64,000 nucleotides of DNA, taken from assembly GCA_040285745.1 (NCBI GenBank), contig JAUFOR010000008.1, positions 1,674,001-1,738,000 of the forward strand, written 5' to 3'. The notes below the pieces were generated by a model. The model saw nothing but the letters and a program-made list of their open reading frames with translations, ran no database searches and was not told where the DNA came from. This document shows, in pieces, positions 10,484 through 21,800 of this stretch. A program made the translations under genes and the position numbers. This stretch comes from Barthelona sp. PCE (lineage: Eukaryota). Position 1 is the stretch's first letter; each line of letters opens with the position of its first letter.

Positions 10484-10549
10484 GTGATGAAGCGAAGAGC
10501 CGTATGAGCGCCCAATAGTGGTGTGTGATTACATTTACTTTCCAACTGA
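10484..10549 (+). ncRNA. Box C/D snoRNA, U49/SNORD49-like
   Basis: C GUGAUGA 10484, guide GAAGAGCCG, D' AUGA 10504, internal stem GCGCC/GGUGU, C' GUGAUUA 10525, D CUGA 10546; the guide pairs with conserved LSU CGGCUCUUC. Confidence 0.8.
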
Positions 10550-10976
10550 ACCATTTGATAGATAATAGTCATTGACATTTAGTGAATATCGTTTATGAAC
10601 AGTCTGTAGCAACTCTGAACCACTGAGTTGAATGTTTAAACGTAATTGTTTTTGTATATCTTTAGTAAAATTTTGTGTTGAAGAATAGCGTGTTAGCTTG
10701 CTGCTATGAATATAAAGTATGTATAGATCACTGTACAGTGCAGTAAAGAACAGAAACTCTTAATTTTCTTATTGTTGAAAAAATGTTCTGAATGATAGAT
10801 ACACTGCTTCAGGATATCACATTGTGATATAAACTGCAAGTTCCACCTTATACCGTTGTGAAAAATGAAGAATTATTCTGCAACCCTCATTTTTTTCAAA
10901 AGATCTTGTAATTTATTAACTACCTCTTTTCTCCGTTTACATATTCCGTAATTTAAGTACATTTCAAAATTTTACC

Positions 10977-13352
10977 ATGGGAGGGGATTCAGTTAAAGTT
11001 GTAACACGTTTCAGGCCCATCAATGATAGAGAACGTGAAGAGGGTGTATCGAACCCAGAATTGTTGGAACAGGTGGTCTTCTACACAAGTCCACAAACAG
11101 TAGAGGTACAAGATGGATACAAGGGTCGTAAAAAATATACTTTTGATCGCGTATTTGATCCTAGCACAACACAAGATCAGTTTTATGACTTTGCTGCGGC
11201 CCAGATCGTCGACGAACTGCATCAAGGTTTCAATGGAACAATGTTTGCGTATGGACAGACTGGTGCAGGTAAATCGTTTACTATGTTTGGGGCTGATATA
11301 TCAAATGAAGAGCTGAGGGGTGTAATTCCTCGCGCTATTATTGAAATATTTGATCGCATTGAGAATACGTTTGAAGACGTGGAATTCTCTCTCCGATGCT
11401 CATTTCTTGAAATCTATAATGAATCAATTAATGATTTGCTCAACGAAGAGGCAAAGGGGCTACCTGTGCGTGAGAGTGTCGCCAAGGGCATCTTCGTTGA
11501 TGGTCTCAGTGAAGTTCCCGTTTCGACAGTAGCCGATACTATGGATTACCTGGCCTATGGTGAGACAAACAGATCTGTAGCGTCTCATGCCATGAATAAG
11601 GGTTCCTCTAGGTCTCATTCGGTGTTCCAGATCACATTACAGCAACGGGATATGAATAAGGGTACGACAACAACCGGTAAGCTCAACCTCGTCGATCTTG
11701 CTGGCTCTGAAAAAATTGGAAAAGCAAATACGCAGGGACAGATGCTGAAGGAAGGTCTTGCCATCAACAGTTCGCTGTCTGCACTGGGTAAAGTTATTAA
11801 GGAGCTGGTTGAGGGAAAGGATCACATATCGTACAGAAATTCCAAACTTACACGTATCCTTCAGGATGCCCTGGGTGGTAACTCAAAAACAACTCTCATG
11901 ATTGCTTGCTCTCCGCACAAGTTTAACGTCAGCGAGACTATTAACACAATGGAGTTTGGTAAGCGTGCCAAGTCTATCAAGCTAAAGGCTAAAGCTAACA
12001 AGGTTTTGTCTCCTGGTGAGATGCAAACCATGATAACAAAGCTTAAGAGTGATGTGAAGGCCATCAAGACCCAGAACGAAGAGTTGAGGGGTATCATAGA
12101 CTGGTACAAGGACAATAGTGGGCTTGAGTGCCCAGTTAACCTCTCTGTGAAAAAAGTTTCCATTCATGATTTGGAGAATTTAGAGAAAGAGATGGACGAT
12201 CACATCAAGGATCAGCGTAAACAAGAAGAGGAGATGAACAAATTGGGTGATGTTGAAGATGAGCTTAATAGATTAAGGAAGATTGATGAAGATGCAAATG
12301 AGGAAATTGAAGTTTTAATGGAGGAGATCCATAAAACTGAGGAAGCTATCACAATTCTCGAGGACGTGGACGAGGAATCGCTGCAGGTAATGAAGGCGGA
12401 AAACCGCACACTGCAAATGGAGGTGATGTCGTTAAACGTTCAGTTGGAGGATATTGTTGAAGATCTGGATGAAGCAATGGAGGAAATCGCTCGTTTAGAA
12501 GAGCTACAGCCGACTGAGGATACTTCTGCCAAACCAACCGAAGCTGTTGGATGCCACGCAGTCGATGAAGAGGAAGAAATTGATGAAGATTTGGATTTGG
12601 AGATGCGCATGATAGATATGAACATATACCAGCAGGAGGTGGATAACAAAGCGTTATTGCAGAACATACTGCTGCTTGAGAGCGAGAACGCAGGCCTTAC
12701 CGATATTATTGGAGTTGTTGACGGTGCTATGGACCACGTTGTAGATGAGTTCGTTATTCCAGAAGACTGTACGGATGAATCAATTATTGACGTACAGGGC
12801 GCTGGACTAAAGCGCATTGCACGAACTATTGTTGATCTCAGAGCACAGATTGCGAGCGTCGAGCAGGAAAAGGAGTTTTTGGTTGATGAGGTATTAATCA
12901 TCCAGGATGATGCTATTGAAGGTCATGACACTATGCTTGAACTAAAGGAAGCCTGTGAGGCGAACGAGCTCACAGCAGAAGAGAAAGAGCACATGGCAAG
13001 ATTGAAACATGAAAACAGAGATCTCGAGCTCTACATTGAAAAATTGCAACGGAAAATTGCCCAGTTGCAAAAGAAAACTGATGCTGAAGTCAGTCGTAAG
13101 CAGAATGAGGTTGGTCGTATAGCAGCAGTTCAGGCAGAGCTTGAGGCAACATTGCAATCTCTTGCCCGAATGGAAGTATCAAACAAGGATATGGTAACCA
13201 ATCTCGAGAAGTCTGAAAGAAAGGTTGAAGGACAGCGTAAGCTCGTCAAGAAGAGAGAGCAGAACAGGCAGCGCCTCAACATGAACAAGCAGGAAGATGA
13301 GGTAGAAGATTTCAGAAGCGTTCTAAAGAATCTGAGACGTGTTCAACGTTGA
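10977..13352 (+). CDS. Kinesin heavy chain-like (kinesin-1 type) motor
   Basis: VVTRFRP, YGQTGAGKS, SSRSH, LVDLAGSE, HISYRNSKLTRILQDALGGNSKT; acidic coiled-coil stalk. Confidence 0.93.
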   Translation: MGGDSVKVVTRFRPINDREREEGVSNPELLEQVVFYTSPQTVEVQDGYKGRKKYTFDRVFDPSTTQDQFYDFAAAQIVDELHQGFNGTMFAYGQTGAGKSFTMFGADISNEELRGVIPRAIIEIFDRIENTFEDVEFSLRCSFLEIYNESINDLLNEEAKGLPVRESVAKGIFVDGLSEVPVSTVADTMDYLAYGETNRSVASHAMNKGSSRSHSVFQITLQQRDMNKGTTTTGKLNLVDLAGSEKIGKANTQGQMLKEGLAINSSLSALGKVIKELVEGKDHISYRNSKLTRILQDALGGNSKTTLMIACSPHKFNVSETINTMEFGKRAKSIKLKAKANKVLSPGEMQTMITKLKSDVKAIKTQNEELRGIIDWYKDNSGLECPVNLSVKKVSIHDLENLEKEMDDHIKDQRKQEEEMNKLGDVEDELNRLRKIDEDANEEIEVLMEEIHKTEEAITILEDVDEESLQVMKAENRTLQMEVMSLNVQLEDIVEDLDEAMEEIARLEELQPTEDTSAKPTEAVGCHAVDEEEEIDEDLDLEMRMIDMNIYQQEVDNKALLQNILLLESENAGLTDIIGVVDGAMDHVVDEFVIPEDCTDESIIDVQGAGLKRIARTIVDLRAQIASVEQEKEFLVDEVLIIQDDAIEGHDTMLELKEACEANELTAEEKEHMARLKHENRDLELYIEKLQRKIAQLQKKTDAEVSRKQNEVGRIAAVQAELEATLQSLARMEVSNKDMVTNLEKSERKVEGQRKLVKKREQNRQRLNMNKQEDEVEDFRSVLKNLRRVQR

Positions 13353-13439
13353 TTGACTCAATTTCCCATTAATTTTATTTGACTTTTCCATTCTTTTAAA
13401 TGATGTAAATACTACTTTTTAATTTCTATTTATTCTCTC

Positions 13440-16400
13440 CTACAAATCGAATTCATGAGTATCAACCTTGAATTTCTTGAATGAGGCAATTTTATCTCGC
13501 CATTGCTGCTCGTCAACCTCCTTCTGTTGGTTTAGTATCTCGCCTTCAAGCTCAAAAGCGCGTGTGCGATTTCCATCCTCGATTTCTAGTGTATAATTAG
13601 TATTCATCAAATCATCCATACTTGCTGTGTTCAAGAAGAGAGATGCATTTGAACGACGGTTCGTTGTCGCTATCGCTGCAGCATCCTCGTCGCTTATAAA
13701 ACTGTCATTATAAGAAGTAACCGACATCATTTCACTTTCCTGAACGTTTGTCAACGAGTCATAAGCGCTTGCGTTCAGTGGCTGGCCTGGCTCGTGCGCG
13801 GCCGTGTGCAGCGAGTAGTGACTCTGCTTCATGTACGAATTGGGCGTGATTGGTGCTTGCGTCATTGGCGATCCATCAAATTTCAGAATGCCGTTTTCCA
13901 TCGTCTGCTTCTTGTGGTGCGTGGCAATCAGCTTTTTTGCAAAACGCCAGTCCTCATCCTCATCCTGCTCTTCATTCAAGTTCGCCAACAATGAGTTTAA
14001 ACCCTTCATGTCAACTCTTCTGAGTCTGTCCTCTGGCTTGAAGAATTTGGGCTTCAAAACGGTCTCCAGCTTCTCCTTCTTCCTGGTGGACTTAACAAAT
14101 GTCTTTTTGAAAATCGTATTAATTGTGTTTTCTTTTTTTAAATAAAAAGGTCTGATTTCAGGCACATCCACACCATTTTGAAGAAGCTGATAATAATAAG
14201 GAGCCATGTTATGCACCTCACTATCAATCTCCCCAACTAAGTGTGAATACTTTTGCCAATCCGTATCAAAAACTTCCTTTGGCACCTTAATGGCGTTCTC
14301 CTCGCCAAAGAAATCCATCTCCTGCTGTGAAACGATAGGTGGTATGTATGCCTCAAAAATTGCACAACAAAAAGGCTCAGCCTCATTCGGTCCCACCTTT
14401 GTGTGATTAGCATTGAACTTCCACTTTGTTTGAGGGTTTGTGAATATGCCTAACTCCTGGAGATCACTGTAGTGTAAAATCTTGGGCTGTTCGCTGTTGG
14501 TATTCAGTACAAACGTAGGTGTCCAATCACTCAAACCGTTAAGTGATACAAGATTCTGATTCAGGAACAGACGTGAGACAATTGCCTTGACTGAAATCGT
14601 TTTGCTTAAATCCATGCTTAACAAAACAGGTTCGCGGTACCAAACTCCACTAACGTTCATTCTCAGCGTTTGCTTGACCGCTGTTGACTGAATACTCAGA
14701 TGTGATGCGTTAGACTGTGTTGAGAAGTAGTAATGGGCAACAACCATCTGCTGAATACGTTTCAGACACAAAACGCGCAACTCAAGATGGATACCCTCGA
14801 TGGCGACAACAATGTACGGGGTCCTGACATCCTGTGCTGCCGAAACTATGCAAAACGAACCACTTATTGGTCCATCAACCTCAATCTCAAGAGTTGCAAT
14901 GATTTTGTGTGTGAATGGAGAGAAAAAGTGAAACTTTCCGCTTTCCATCATCAAAATAACAATACCCAGCATATGACAGTATTTCATATCTTCAATGTTT
15001 TCGGTAAAGTTGATGTATCCGTCGAGAGCACCAGATCGTGTGTCATATAATCGCAACTGCTTTCCTTTGTCACATACTGCGCTGATGTAAGCAACAGGCC
15101 ACTGACAATAAACAATTGACTGAATCATCGACGGGCAGCTGATGCTGGTGAGTTTCTTAAACTCAGTACCAAGCACGGAATATACATCAACAGTGAGAAT
15201 TGAACCAACTATTAGTACAGGGCTCTTGGCATCCTTCCACTGATCATACTCGATGAATATAATCGGGGTAGTGAACGGTTGGAAACTGGTTATCTCGCGC
15301 AGGGTATACGAAAACAGCGCCATTATGTATCCATTTGTGAGGCCTACGAAGAGCCTGCGGTGCTCACCGTCCAAGCATAAAGCGCTGGCATCAAGCATGT
15401 AGTCCTGATGTGGCATACCGCAAACCTCTTTTTCAAAACCGGGTTCATAAACAAGTGTAGGTATCAGTCTCCCCGTGCGGCTGTCGAACACAATGAGCCT
15501 TGAATTGCTTACCAAATAAAAAAGATAATATGTGAAATTGTAGAATACCTTATATATCAAGTTAGTGTAATCGTGTGTGACATCAACATTGGGGAGCATT
15601 GCGCGGATACGGAGGTTGCCTGTGAGCAGCACTGAGTTAAAATCCAAAAACTCAATGGCAAGAACGGGATCATCACAATAAACAGTCTGAAAGCACAATA
15701 GTGTTTTTGTGTTCCAAACACAGATCTTCCCGCTGGAGTCTAGCGACAGCATCAGGGGGAGCACTGACGAGCACCTGATCGAAATGACAGCCCGGTCGTG
15801 ATCTTGCAATACCTGAATTGGACTCGAAACAAAAGGATTCCATACGGTGATCTCACCATTGTTCTTCGCAGTGAAGAGCAGCCTATTCACCCCAGAGTAC
15901 GCGACTGTTGTTAAATCAGACGAATGAGAGCTTGCATCGAATGTGGCACGTAACTTTCTTCCGAAATTCCTCCTTATTGCTTCCAAATCCCAAACCCTGA
16001 GAAGCCCGTCATTTCCGGCAGTGGCAATCGCTTGTATGTCCGGTAGGAACATTATGTCAATGATCCAGCTGTTTGCGTGCGCTGAAATAGAGCATTCTTG
16101 AAGCCACTCGTTATGCACTAAATCAAAAAGGTGGATTGTACCGTTTGTGCCTCCACTAATAAGAATCTTTTGATCGGGGATGCTCAACAGGGCAGTTTGC
16201 GGGCATGATACAATGAAATCGTGCGTTGAAAGAAACGTGTGCGCATCCCATATACTGATGATCCGATCTGTTCCAGCTGTTGCCAGTTTGCTCAGCATAG
16301 GGATCTCTGTGATCGCGGATATCGCAGAGCTGTGCACAAGGCTGCCTGTATAGTGACCAGTTTCAGCAAAAACAAAGACTTCACTGCTTGAACATAGTAC

Positions 16401-16952
16401 AGCTATTCTCTTTGTGTGCTTCAAATGTACAATTTTCTCAACAGGTCCTGGGAATATCTGGGAGTGGAACCATGTGAAGTTTTGGGACTCATAAAGCGGC
16501 AGCGTCATGTTGGATGTCGCCTGCGGAGAGTGGAACTGATCAACCATGAAAGAGATGAATCCCTCCCTCGTAACAATTGATGAACCCGTGTAATCTATCT
16601 GACGAAAGAGGCTAATGAGATCCTGCGTTGCCTGTTCGATGATAACCTCATTATCTGCATCTATGAGATTTTTAAGTAGGTATGGAAGGAAAACATTCAC
16701 AAACTTATCTTCTGTGAGCCCTTCCTCGCCATCTCGAAGCCCAGAGTCGAATATAACCTGAACGGAATCAAGATCGTTGCGAGATAATCTCATCAACAAA
16801 TCAACAATAAGAATGGGATGAGATCTGTATGGGGGCAGAGCTTTCTTGCGCTCAACGCGCTTGCGCCAATGTCTACATATGAGTGTGGCAAGATGCAATT
16901 CTTGTTGCTTACGTTTTTCTTCTTCTTCAAATGATTTTCGTAAATATGACAT
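13440..16952 (-). CDS. IQ/EF-hand plus WD40-repeat protein (WDR49/WDR64/EFCAB8-like)
   Basis: IQ-like ATLICRHWRKRVERK, EF-like LFRQIDYTGSSIVTREGF, multiple WD repeats (ATAGTDRIISIWD; ATAGNDGLLRVWD). Confidence 0.75.
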   Translation of the reverse strand: MSYLRKSFEEEEKRKQQELHLATLICRHWRKRVERKKALPPYRSHPILIVDLLMRLSRNDLDSVQVIFDSGLRDGEEGLTEDKFVNVFLPYLLKNLIDADNEVIIEQATQDLISLFRQIDYTGSSIVTREGFISFMVDQFHSPQATSNMTLPLYESQNFTWFHSQIFPGPVEKIVHLKHTKRIAVLCSSSEVFVFAETGHYTGSLVHSSAISAITEIPMLSKLATAGTDRIISIWDAHTFLSTHDFIVSCPQTALLSIPDQKILISGGTNGTIHLFDLVHNEWLQECSISAHANSWIIDIMFLPDIQAIATAGNDGLLRVWDLEAIRRNFGRKLRATFDASSHSSDLTTVAYSGVNRLLFTAKNNGEITVWNPFVSSPIQVLQDHDRAVISIRCSSVLPLMLSLDSSGKICVWNTKTLLCFQTVYCDDPVLAIEFLDFNSVLLTGNLRIRAMLPNVDVTHDYTNLIYKVFYNFTYYLFYLVSNSRLIVFDSRTGRLIPTLVYEPGFEKEVCGMPHQDYMLDASALCLDGEHRRLFVGLTNGYIMALFSYTLREITSFQPFTTPIIFIEYDQWKDAKSPVLIVGSILTVDVYSVLGTEFKKLTSISCPSMIQSIVYCQWPVAYISAVCDKGKQLRLYDTRSGALDGYINFTENIEDMKYCHMLGIVILMMESGKFHFFSPFTHKIIATLEIEVDGPISGSFCIVSAAQDVRTPYIVVAIEGIHLELRVLCLKRIQQMVVAHYYFSTQSNASHLSIQSTAVKQTLRMNVSGVWYREPVLLSMDLSKTISVKAIVSRLFLNQNLVSLNGLSDWTPTFVLNTNSEQPKILHYSDLQELGIFTNPQTKWKFNANHTKVGPNEAEPFCCAIFEAYIPPIVSQQEMDFFGEENAIKVPKEVFDTDWQKYSHLVGEIDSEVHNMAPYYYQLLQNGVDVPEIRPFYLKKENTINTIFKKTFVKSTRKKEKLETVLKPKFFKPEDRLRRVDMKGLNSLLANLNEEQDEDEDWRFAKKLIATHHKKQTMENGILKFDGSPMTQAPITPNSYMKQSHYSLHTAAHEPGQPLNASAYDSLTNVQESEMMSVTSYNDSFISDEDAAAIATTNRRSNASLFLNTASMDDLMNTNYTLEIEDGNRTRAFELEGEILNQQKEVDEQQWRDKIASFKKFKVDTHEFDL

Positions 16953-17063
16953 TGATTCTGTGCGTTTTATGCGATATCAAACATACAGAAGTCAATTTGC
17001 CCAGCGAAATAGGTAGTGATAACGATAACGAACCTAATTGTTCTTAACATATTTACAAGATAT

Positions 17064-17867
17064 CTAACTGTTTACTAGGTTCAATACGATGAACATTGAC
17101 GGAATCAATTCAAAAACAAAGTAAAAAAAGCTATAGAAAACAAAATAATGTGGATTCCATGTCTCTAAAGCTTTATCTAACCATGATTGAAACGGATTCA
17201 GATCCAAGAGCATCAACAATGAGTAGATCATCCTCATGAATGATATAACAACGTAAATGAGGACAATAATGAAATATGACTTGATGGAATCATTCGACAT
17301 TGGGTTTAGGGCCCGTTTAGCCAGTCTGTTGTGCACGAAAAGAGCCATCCCGCCCAGGAATAAGAAGCTAATGCTAAGGAAAACAACATTTTGAATATTA
17401 ACGACTGAGTCATATTTAGGTGCTGAATGAGCTCTATTTTGAAGCTTGTACACTGTGTTGAAGATGTATAGAAATAGGAAGAGCGTTACTAACTGGAAAA
17501 AAGGGCGTATAAAATATTTGTAAGTGTTGCCTTTTGCCAGATTAAAATAACTTCTTGCAAAAAACATTACAAGAAGAGCAAAGAGGATGTACTGTAGGAA
17601 CATGGGGAACTCTAGACACCAGAAAAACACTGTGAATACGTTCTGAGAGGGAAATGGGGAAAATATGAACAAAGGTCGCCAGAGAAGGGATACAGCGAGT
17701 AGAAAAGTGAATGATACCCGAAAGTTCACTTTCCATTGGTTGTGGTATAGTGTTGCGATACATAAAGTGAAACTAGCGAATGAGAAAGCTAGATAAAAAA
17801 TCCCAAGCATGTAAAGAGCCCAAGACTGCACCACGTATACGCTGGGGCATATACGGTAGTCAATCAT
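17064..17867 (-). CDS. Seven-TM membrane protein (GPR137/TOM1-like)
   Basis: About 7 hydrophobic helices, with FELIP in the last helix. Confidence 0.55.
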   Translation of the reverse strand: MIDYRICPSVYVVQSWALYMLGIFYLAFSFASFTLCIATLYHNQWKVNFRVSFTFLLAVSLLWRPLFIFSPFPSQNVFTVFFWCLEFPMFLQYILFALLVMFFARSYFNLAKGNTYKYFIRPFFQLVTLFLFLYIFNTVYKLQNRAHSAPKYDSVVNIQNVVFLSISFLFLGGMALFVHNRLAKRALNPMSNDSIKSYFIIVLIYVVISFMRMIYSLLMLLDLNPFQSWLDKALETWNPHYFVFYSFFYFVFELIPSMFIVLNLVNS

Positions 17868-17950
17868 TAATTGTAATTGTGTGGAAAAGACGAGAAAAGC
17901 GTATTCGCATTTTCATCTTCTTTTTTAATGACATAGGGGCATACTTTTTT

Positions 17951-18886
17951 ATGTATTTAACGGATATCAGACTGCAGGCCATAAAGTCTAAACTGAATAT
18001 TGAATCCGACTTTGATCTACTGTTGTGTTCACGCGAACAACTCATAGACGTTGCTTCATCAGTATGTCAGAATCCCCGTGAGCTTGTGGAGGAACTCCTC
18101 GTTGGCTTTGCACCCGTTGAAACCGAAATACCATATAACCGTGAACTTTTCCAACGCGAACTGGTGTGTTCAGCAACAATCAACAACACCCTCGAATTTA
18201 TAGAGCTGCTACAGCCAGGTACAATCACTGAGATATACGGAGAGGCAGGCAGCGGTAAAACGCAAGTGATATGTCAGTCACTGTGTTACACCATTCTCAG
18301 ACAACGATCGTCTGCAGTCTATTTATGTAATGAGTCGACTGCATACACCAAGCGTCTGCAGGGGATGCTGAAGGGGCTGCAGTCTCGTGGGATAATACAA
18401 AACTCATTACTAAAGTATCAGCAAGTTCTGCACTATACAGACGAAACCGAAGACGCCCTGAATTATTTCTGGTGGTTTGTGTTTAGAGAGCTGCCTCAAA
18501 TACTTAAACGAGAGAGTATATGCTTTCTTGCCATTGATTCAATTTTTGGTTTCTTTCAGGAATTAACCGAACAAAGAGATTATATTCAGCGTTCTGAGAA
18601 GTTAAACCATGCATTTGCTGAGTTGAAGAAGCTTGCTGTGATACATAGATTCCCAATTGTTGTCGCTAACCACGTTGTTACAAACTTCAAAACTAACACG
18701 CTTGTGCCTGCCTTGGGTTTCAACTACAGATACCTCCCTGATGCACAGGTTGAACTGACTGTCACTGATGTTGAAAAGGGGCGTCTACGGTCCATATATA
18801 ATAGGAGATTTGGAATTTTAGATCCAAATATAAGATACACTTTACTAATCGATACGCATGCAGTCAGTATCGTTGCTCCTTGTTAG
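17951..18886 (+). CDS. RAD51 paralog (XRCC3-like)
   Basis: ITEIYGEAGSGKTQ Walker A, LAIDSI Walker B, VVANHV, PALG; probable start at ATG 17951. Confidence 0.8.
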   Translation: MYLTDIRLQAIKSKLNIESDFDLLLCSREQLIDVASSVCQNPRELVEELLVGFAPVETEIPYNRELFQRELVCSATINNTLEFIELLQPGTITEIYGEAGSGKTQVICQSLCYTILRQRSSAVYLCNESTAYTKRLQGMLKGLQSRGIIQNSLLKYQQVLHYTDETEDALNYFWWFVFRELPQILKRESICFLAIDSIFGFFQELTEQRDYIQRSEKLNHAFAELKKLAVIHRFPIVVANHVVTNFKTNTLVPALGFNYRYLPDAQVELTVTDVEKGRLRSIYNRRFGILDPNIRYTLLIDTHAVSIVAPC

Positions 18887-21800
18887 AATATTTTGCTTAC
18901 ATATCCGAGATAATCCACGGTGTTATCAGAACGCATAGAGAGAGAAGTTGCGAATTCACTGTAAAAACGGCCCATTGCTATGTAAAAACCGTTTTTCATA
19001 TCATTAAGTGTCAAAGACGTATCATCTGAGTTGTACAAGTTGCGGAAGAGCTTAAGAACATCTTTTGGATTGAGCTTCTCACATCGAGGACCAAACCAAA
19101 GTTCTAATTCTTCGTCGTTAAAGAAATTCGTAAGACCGTTGTATGTTTTGTAAAACTCATCAGAAGATACGAATGATTTGTTTAAAAGAGGGTCCACAAT
19201 ACCGGATACAAATGAATACCGCTCAGTGAATCCGGTAAGAACAGTGTTCAACGCCTGCACAAAGCTCTCATCACGTGCAAACTCAACTGAGGTAACCAAA
19301 CGATTGGCGATGCTCTTCATTGTGTCTTCGATGAATAAATTGAAACGAATACCTGATCTACGAACAGGAGCAGGATTTGATCCTCCGACCTCAAGAGTGC
19401 TAAGCCAGCGAATGGCTGCACCGAGTTGCACCTCAATCTCGTGGGGCTGAACCGCTTCCAGTGCGTTGACGAAACGGTGAACAAGTTCGTCGATGAAGCG
19501 CTTTATAATCGAGCCAGTGAAGAGAACATTGTCGTTTCCGTATATCGGCTCAAGCGTCTGGTGGACAATGCAAGTCTGTAGTGGGAGCACAGCAACCTCA
19601 TCGAGCATCAGAGAAGAGTCAATGCCGCAGTTAATCAGACGCATGTAAGCCAGCAGCTCACCGCTGTGGACTGTGATCTTCTCCACAAACGCCTCAGCGA
19701 CGACGGTGCCCAGAAGACCCTGGTAACAGTGCAGATCCTCAACCCAATTATTGCAAGCAAGAGAGTAATAACGTACACGCTGATAGACCTCATTATTCTG
19801 AATGAAGCTATCGTCTAACGATATCATCTCTGATTCAAGGTTTAACTTACGAACCTTGTTCAATAACGTAGCAACACCGACTTCGATGGTCTTGATGATG
19901 CCAAAGTGTGAGTCTGTGCTGTGGATATCGTGTACGAGTGATTCTTGGCATCGGATCATTGACGAACACTCACGCAGCTGTTCCTCCAGTCTGGACAGTT
20001 CGTCCCAGCAGAGAATTGCAGCGTTGGGTGTATTGTAATCGATTTCAATACCGTTTATATTCATGATACTATCACAAATTTCGTGCTTCAAATCGAGAAG
20101 CCCCTTTTCGAATGTAGGAGACACTTCTGGCAATGAAAGAACATGCAACACCGTCTCAATATCACCATCGAGAACAGCGCTCATTGGTGTCTGTTGTTGA
20201 GCAAATATTTCAATAACTCCCCTGTTCTCATCAATGACTGTCGAGAAATCTTTGAGCTGAGAATCAATCATTCTCACCAGCGCACTATCTCCGTCCTCCA
20301 TGATATGCTTTGTTGTTTCTGTGTTTAGATCGAGGATGTACGAGCATTGCAGACCTATTTCGCTGAAAAGATCAGTTAAAATCGTCTCAGAAAAGACAGT
20401 GTTGGAGAGCTGCTTCTCTTGCAGTTTCTCCAAGTTCTTGCTCAGCTTATCCATCGCCTCCTTTGCGGATGCAACAACTGTGTTCACATTGATGTCATCA
20501 GCAATGTTGAACTGCTTCTTAGCACGCGCAACAAGCACGTCACGTAACACATCCAAGGCTTGGTCGAATATTGTGCGGTGGCGACCACACTCGTTCTGTA
20601 CGAGGTGCTCCTGTTCTGCGACAACATCGTCTATCTCTCCTAAAAAGTCGGGATACACGTCGTTGTGCGGCAAAACCAACTGTCTGAGACGTTGAATATA
20701 GTCAAGTGGGATGGTGTTCTGGATTTCATCTTTGAGCATGTTATAAAACTCAATCTCACGGTCAACTAGAAGCAGTGAGTTTTCTTTGCTGCCCTCAAGC
20801 AATACATAAAGTGTCGTCAATAATCGCTGTGTGAGTGAGTCGATAGCTCCCACCGTGCTTTGAATAAGACTGTGCTTCGCGTCGAAACCCTGCTGTTTGG
20901 CAAACGTAATGAGGAAAGAGCATCGCACAATGATTCCCACGCCACGAAGAAGACAATTGACAAAGGTGTCACCATCAGCACAGTCTTCAATTTCTAGCGT
21001 AAGTTCATCAATGCTAGCGATGAACTCGGCGCTCCAAACAACAAATACCGTGCTGAAAGCTCCAATAAATACCTCACGTTCACGGACCTTCTGCTGCTTA
21101 GCACGCTTCAAGTCAAAGGTCTCCTTGATATCAACAAGGGAAGCTTTGCGTGCGCGCAGGCGACCTATGAGACCATTTACGAACGCAGAAACGCCCTCGT
21201 CGTGAAGTTGTCCGGAAAACATCGTTTCAAGCACGCAGATGGAAGCATACACATCATCAACCGTATCACTTTCAATGTCGCACAGACACACATCCTGGAA
21301 GAAAGCGACGTCGACGTCAATCGGCGCTGCAATCTGCTCCTGTAGTTTAGCAATGCGAATAAGTCGGGTTACAATGGTTTCCAACAAATTAACCTGTGAA
21401 AAGACAAGCTGTGAGAAAATATTGACATATGATTCGGATTGAGGTTCAACGAGGATAATTGAGTATGCAAGGTTTGAGAGTCGGTCAACAACACTCTTTG
21501 CTTGCGCAATCCTTTCAAGTTCTTCCTGCACTCTGATAAGTGGTACTGTCTCAAACTCAACAATATGTTCAGCTGCGTCAATACTACGCTGACACCACTC
21601 TAACAGACATACAGCATCAATAGTAAACTGTTTAAGCTCAGAAACACGTTCCTGCTTACGCATGGCGTTCTCTGCTTCATCCTCTTTAACAAAGATAATA
21701 TGGGAGTTAATCTCAACAACTACGCTCTCGAGAATACCAAATGTTACCCTATCAATGTCAAGAGACATGAGGAATGAAGGAAGTGAGGCGAACGGTGGAC

